Shown here piece by piece: positions 63,301 through 64,000 of a DNA stretch of 64,000 nucleotides. Positions within the stretch are counted from its first letter, which is position 1, and each line of letters starts with the position of its first letter. Made by a program: the position numbers and the translations under genes. The DNA comes from a virus (taxonomy: Duplodnaviria; Caudoviricetes). The stretch is from positions 28,986 to 92,985 of the IMG/VR virus record IMGVR_UViG_2895778652_000001. One strand, 5' to 3'. The notes beneath the pieces were generated by a model. That model did not search any database and was not told where the DNA came from. It worked only from the letters and a program-made list of their open reading frames with translations.

Positions 63301-64000
63301 TTTGCTCAGCGGTATAGCGGCACGAAAGATCTTCAGAAGGGCGATGTGGTGTTCTACACGGAGAATGGCCAGAATCACACTGGTATCTACATCGGCGACG
63401 GCATGGTGCGTGGCAACAACCGCGTGACCTATGCGGCCAACGGTGGCAAATTCGACAAGTATGGCAACCCCACCAGCCCCGGCGTGAACCCCGTGGGCGA
63501 TGTGGCGATTGGTAAACTGGGCACGCCCAACTGGATCGTGCGTCCCGGTGACATGCTGCCCGTGCTGGGGGCCAAGGTGCCCGAGGTCCGGCCCGATGCA
63601 GGAGCAGGCGGAGCCGCGTCTGCTGCGCCGATCAAGGCGTTTGAGACCTACGTTAAGGAGGCCAGACGCATTCTGGATCAGGTGGAGAAGTACGCACCTG
63701 GCGGCACCGCGCCCAATTCGGCCAAATGGAACAAGGCCAAAGATGCCCTCAAATCCTTTGGCGATCAGAGCGACATCACGGCCCGAGCGCTGGAATATGC
63801 TGGACTGGCCACCAAAAAGGCAGATAAAGCCACCTCCCAGTACGGCCAGACCTTTGACCGTTTGAAGGGCCAGCTCGACATCACGCAGAGCCTGGGCGAT
63901 CTGGGCCGCCCCTCTGCCGAGATCAGCAAGAATCTCAAAGCCATCAGCACCGATGCCCTGGCTGCCGCCAGTGCCGAGAAGAAACGCAACGGCGAGACGG
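60328..64000 (+). CDS. Tail tape measure protein (truncated by window end) with embedded NlpC/P60-CHAP-like domain
   Basis: GGAGG SD, ATG 60328, frame open to the end of the window; TP901-type core (LTSVLNAYKL...VSDKLF...GKMSFSQLA); NYCAQWV...GDVVFY...HTGIYIGDG near 63150-63420. Confidence 0.9.
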   Translation, partial: MTKGQSVGGLFIDTGLDLTGIERDLQKARQFVERTNGVKLNIDNRAAKTAIEQVKADLAALKGMSERDAQARAQAARLLGTAYKEQAGAIRGVTAELKTLSAQSVLTARLGAQADREAAAAVRALVTARKEAATLAGRAGNAADLARAQTALQGIMQTLGKLQNTGTVRLKFDLTSVNAELARLQGRSVLLKVSFSNFDAIKNDLTTLKGMLNGLGANMQYRVTVNTTALNAVYTQINTQITALQSLISQLRALGGGGGGGGGGGRGGPGISAANRALLAELEALNNQWKRGDVNAAQFGSQLTALQGRLRTASAGATAGTADFKALDAGLTRLTGSLRSINTDAFQRIRTEAGAMRAAFDTATAGVRRNSTEFRAASAVYAAESARITASLQTMARSGNLTTTQLGQVNREIQRLAREQNTIRGGINAGGLSGNIVNSFGMLPGQLGMMASQGGAAINAFQGIASAAGPAGLAVGGLALVVGGAALAATKAVNEYAKFEKGLAQIATLTDKTTAQLGDTGRAILKMSGDVGATYTDLNAGLYDVLGAGVKGTEDMTASLALLKQSAELARAGATETATATDVLTSVLNAYKLEASDATMVSDKLFKAVDDGKMSFSQLAQSLGMVLPTAKMAGLSLDEVLGSVAALTAQGIKPSSAIEYLRSALTNIIKPSMQAKETAKDLGIQFNAQALAAKGLVPFLRDVIEKTDGNSEAMARLFGDVGGLTAVTGLANGNFERLTATLEGQANAAGKTAEAYGKVAATISQKSDEVSAKWKSLWVNVGELFASTKTSVLDGINDMLTGLNDVLSKFNQARDLKNGVGKSDLLKQKEAKEEELATARSQLASAQSVADAQQRATGKVSEQFQPRLDAQKAKVAALEAAVADLSFQVQQEAQANGTFTGPLQTGGPAGVALTAAGADALGAKVVEAGAGKLGQVSADSIVNYCAQWVRLVLGKATPEVAGKINALFQTDSNGDGKTEATDAARNLLKAGFAQRYSGTKDLQKGDVVFYTENGQNHTGIYIGDGMVRGNNRVTYAANGGKFDKYGNPTSPGVNPVGDVAIGKLGTPNWIVRPGDMLPVLGAKVPEVRPDAGAGGAASAAPIKAFETYVKEARRILDQVEKYAPGGTAPNSAKWNKAKDALKSFGDQSDITARALEYAGLATKKADKATSQYGQTFDRLKGQLDITQSLGDLGRPSAEISKNLKAISTDALAAASAEKKRNGET

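Larger units (their letters stand above)
1..64000. mobile_element. Temperate siphovirus-type prophage, probably a phage-plasmid; both ends extend beyond the window
   Basis: Continuous phage gene order: early genes, cI/cro/Rha, rep, nin-like region, terminase-portal-protease-capsid-tail-TMP. parAB and an internal resolvase are present. No host housekeeping genes or att junction seen. Confidence 0.9.

Noticed and set aside
1-64000. CRISPR array, rRNA or IS transposase
   Set aside because: No regularly spaced repeat-spacer array, rRNA-like sequence or transposase motif was seen.

Overview
The whole 64 kb window reads as one GC-rich temperate siphovirus genome, probably a phage-plasmid of a Deinococcus host. 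The host call rests on a DdrO paralog and several leaderless TANNNT-N5-7-ATG gene starts. Left to right: small early genes and parAB (2.8-4.4 kb); a 14 kb leftward early operon with three tandem DNA methyltransferases and an HD hydrolase; an immunity region (cI, cro, Rha, shared operators); yfdP/yfdQ-like genes; a 1.3 kb apparently non-coding structured stretch with two tRNA-like elements; a tyrosine recombinase beside a dif/lox-like site; a replication initiator with DnaA boxes and 23-bp iterons; a nin-like region (exonuclease, DdrO paralog, RNA ligase, RusA, phosphatase); a late promoter and terminator; head and tail genes; a 5 kb accessory insert with a TA pair and a second switch; and the start of a tape measure gene that runs off the end. 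The best candidate for an undescribed system is a TPR-like protein translationally coupled to a 44-aa secreted, CxxC-terminated propeptide inside the lysis-lysogeny switch, next to a CI whose protease-like domain seems to lack catalytic residues. This is an arbitrium/Rap-Phr-like layout outside Firmicutes. All family assignments come from motif recognition by eye; no searches were run.
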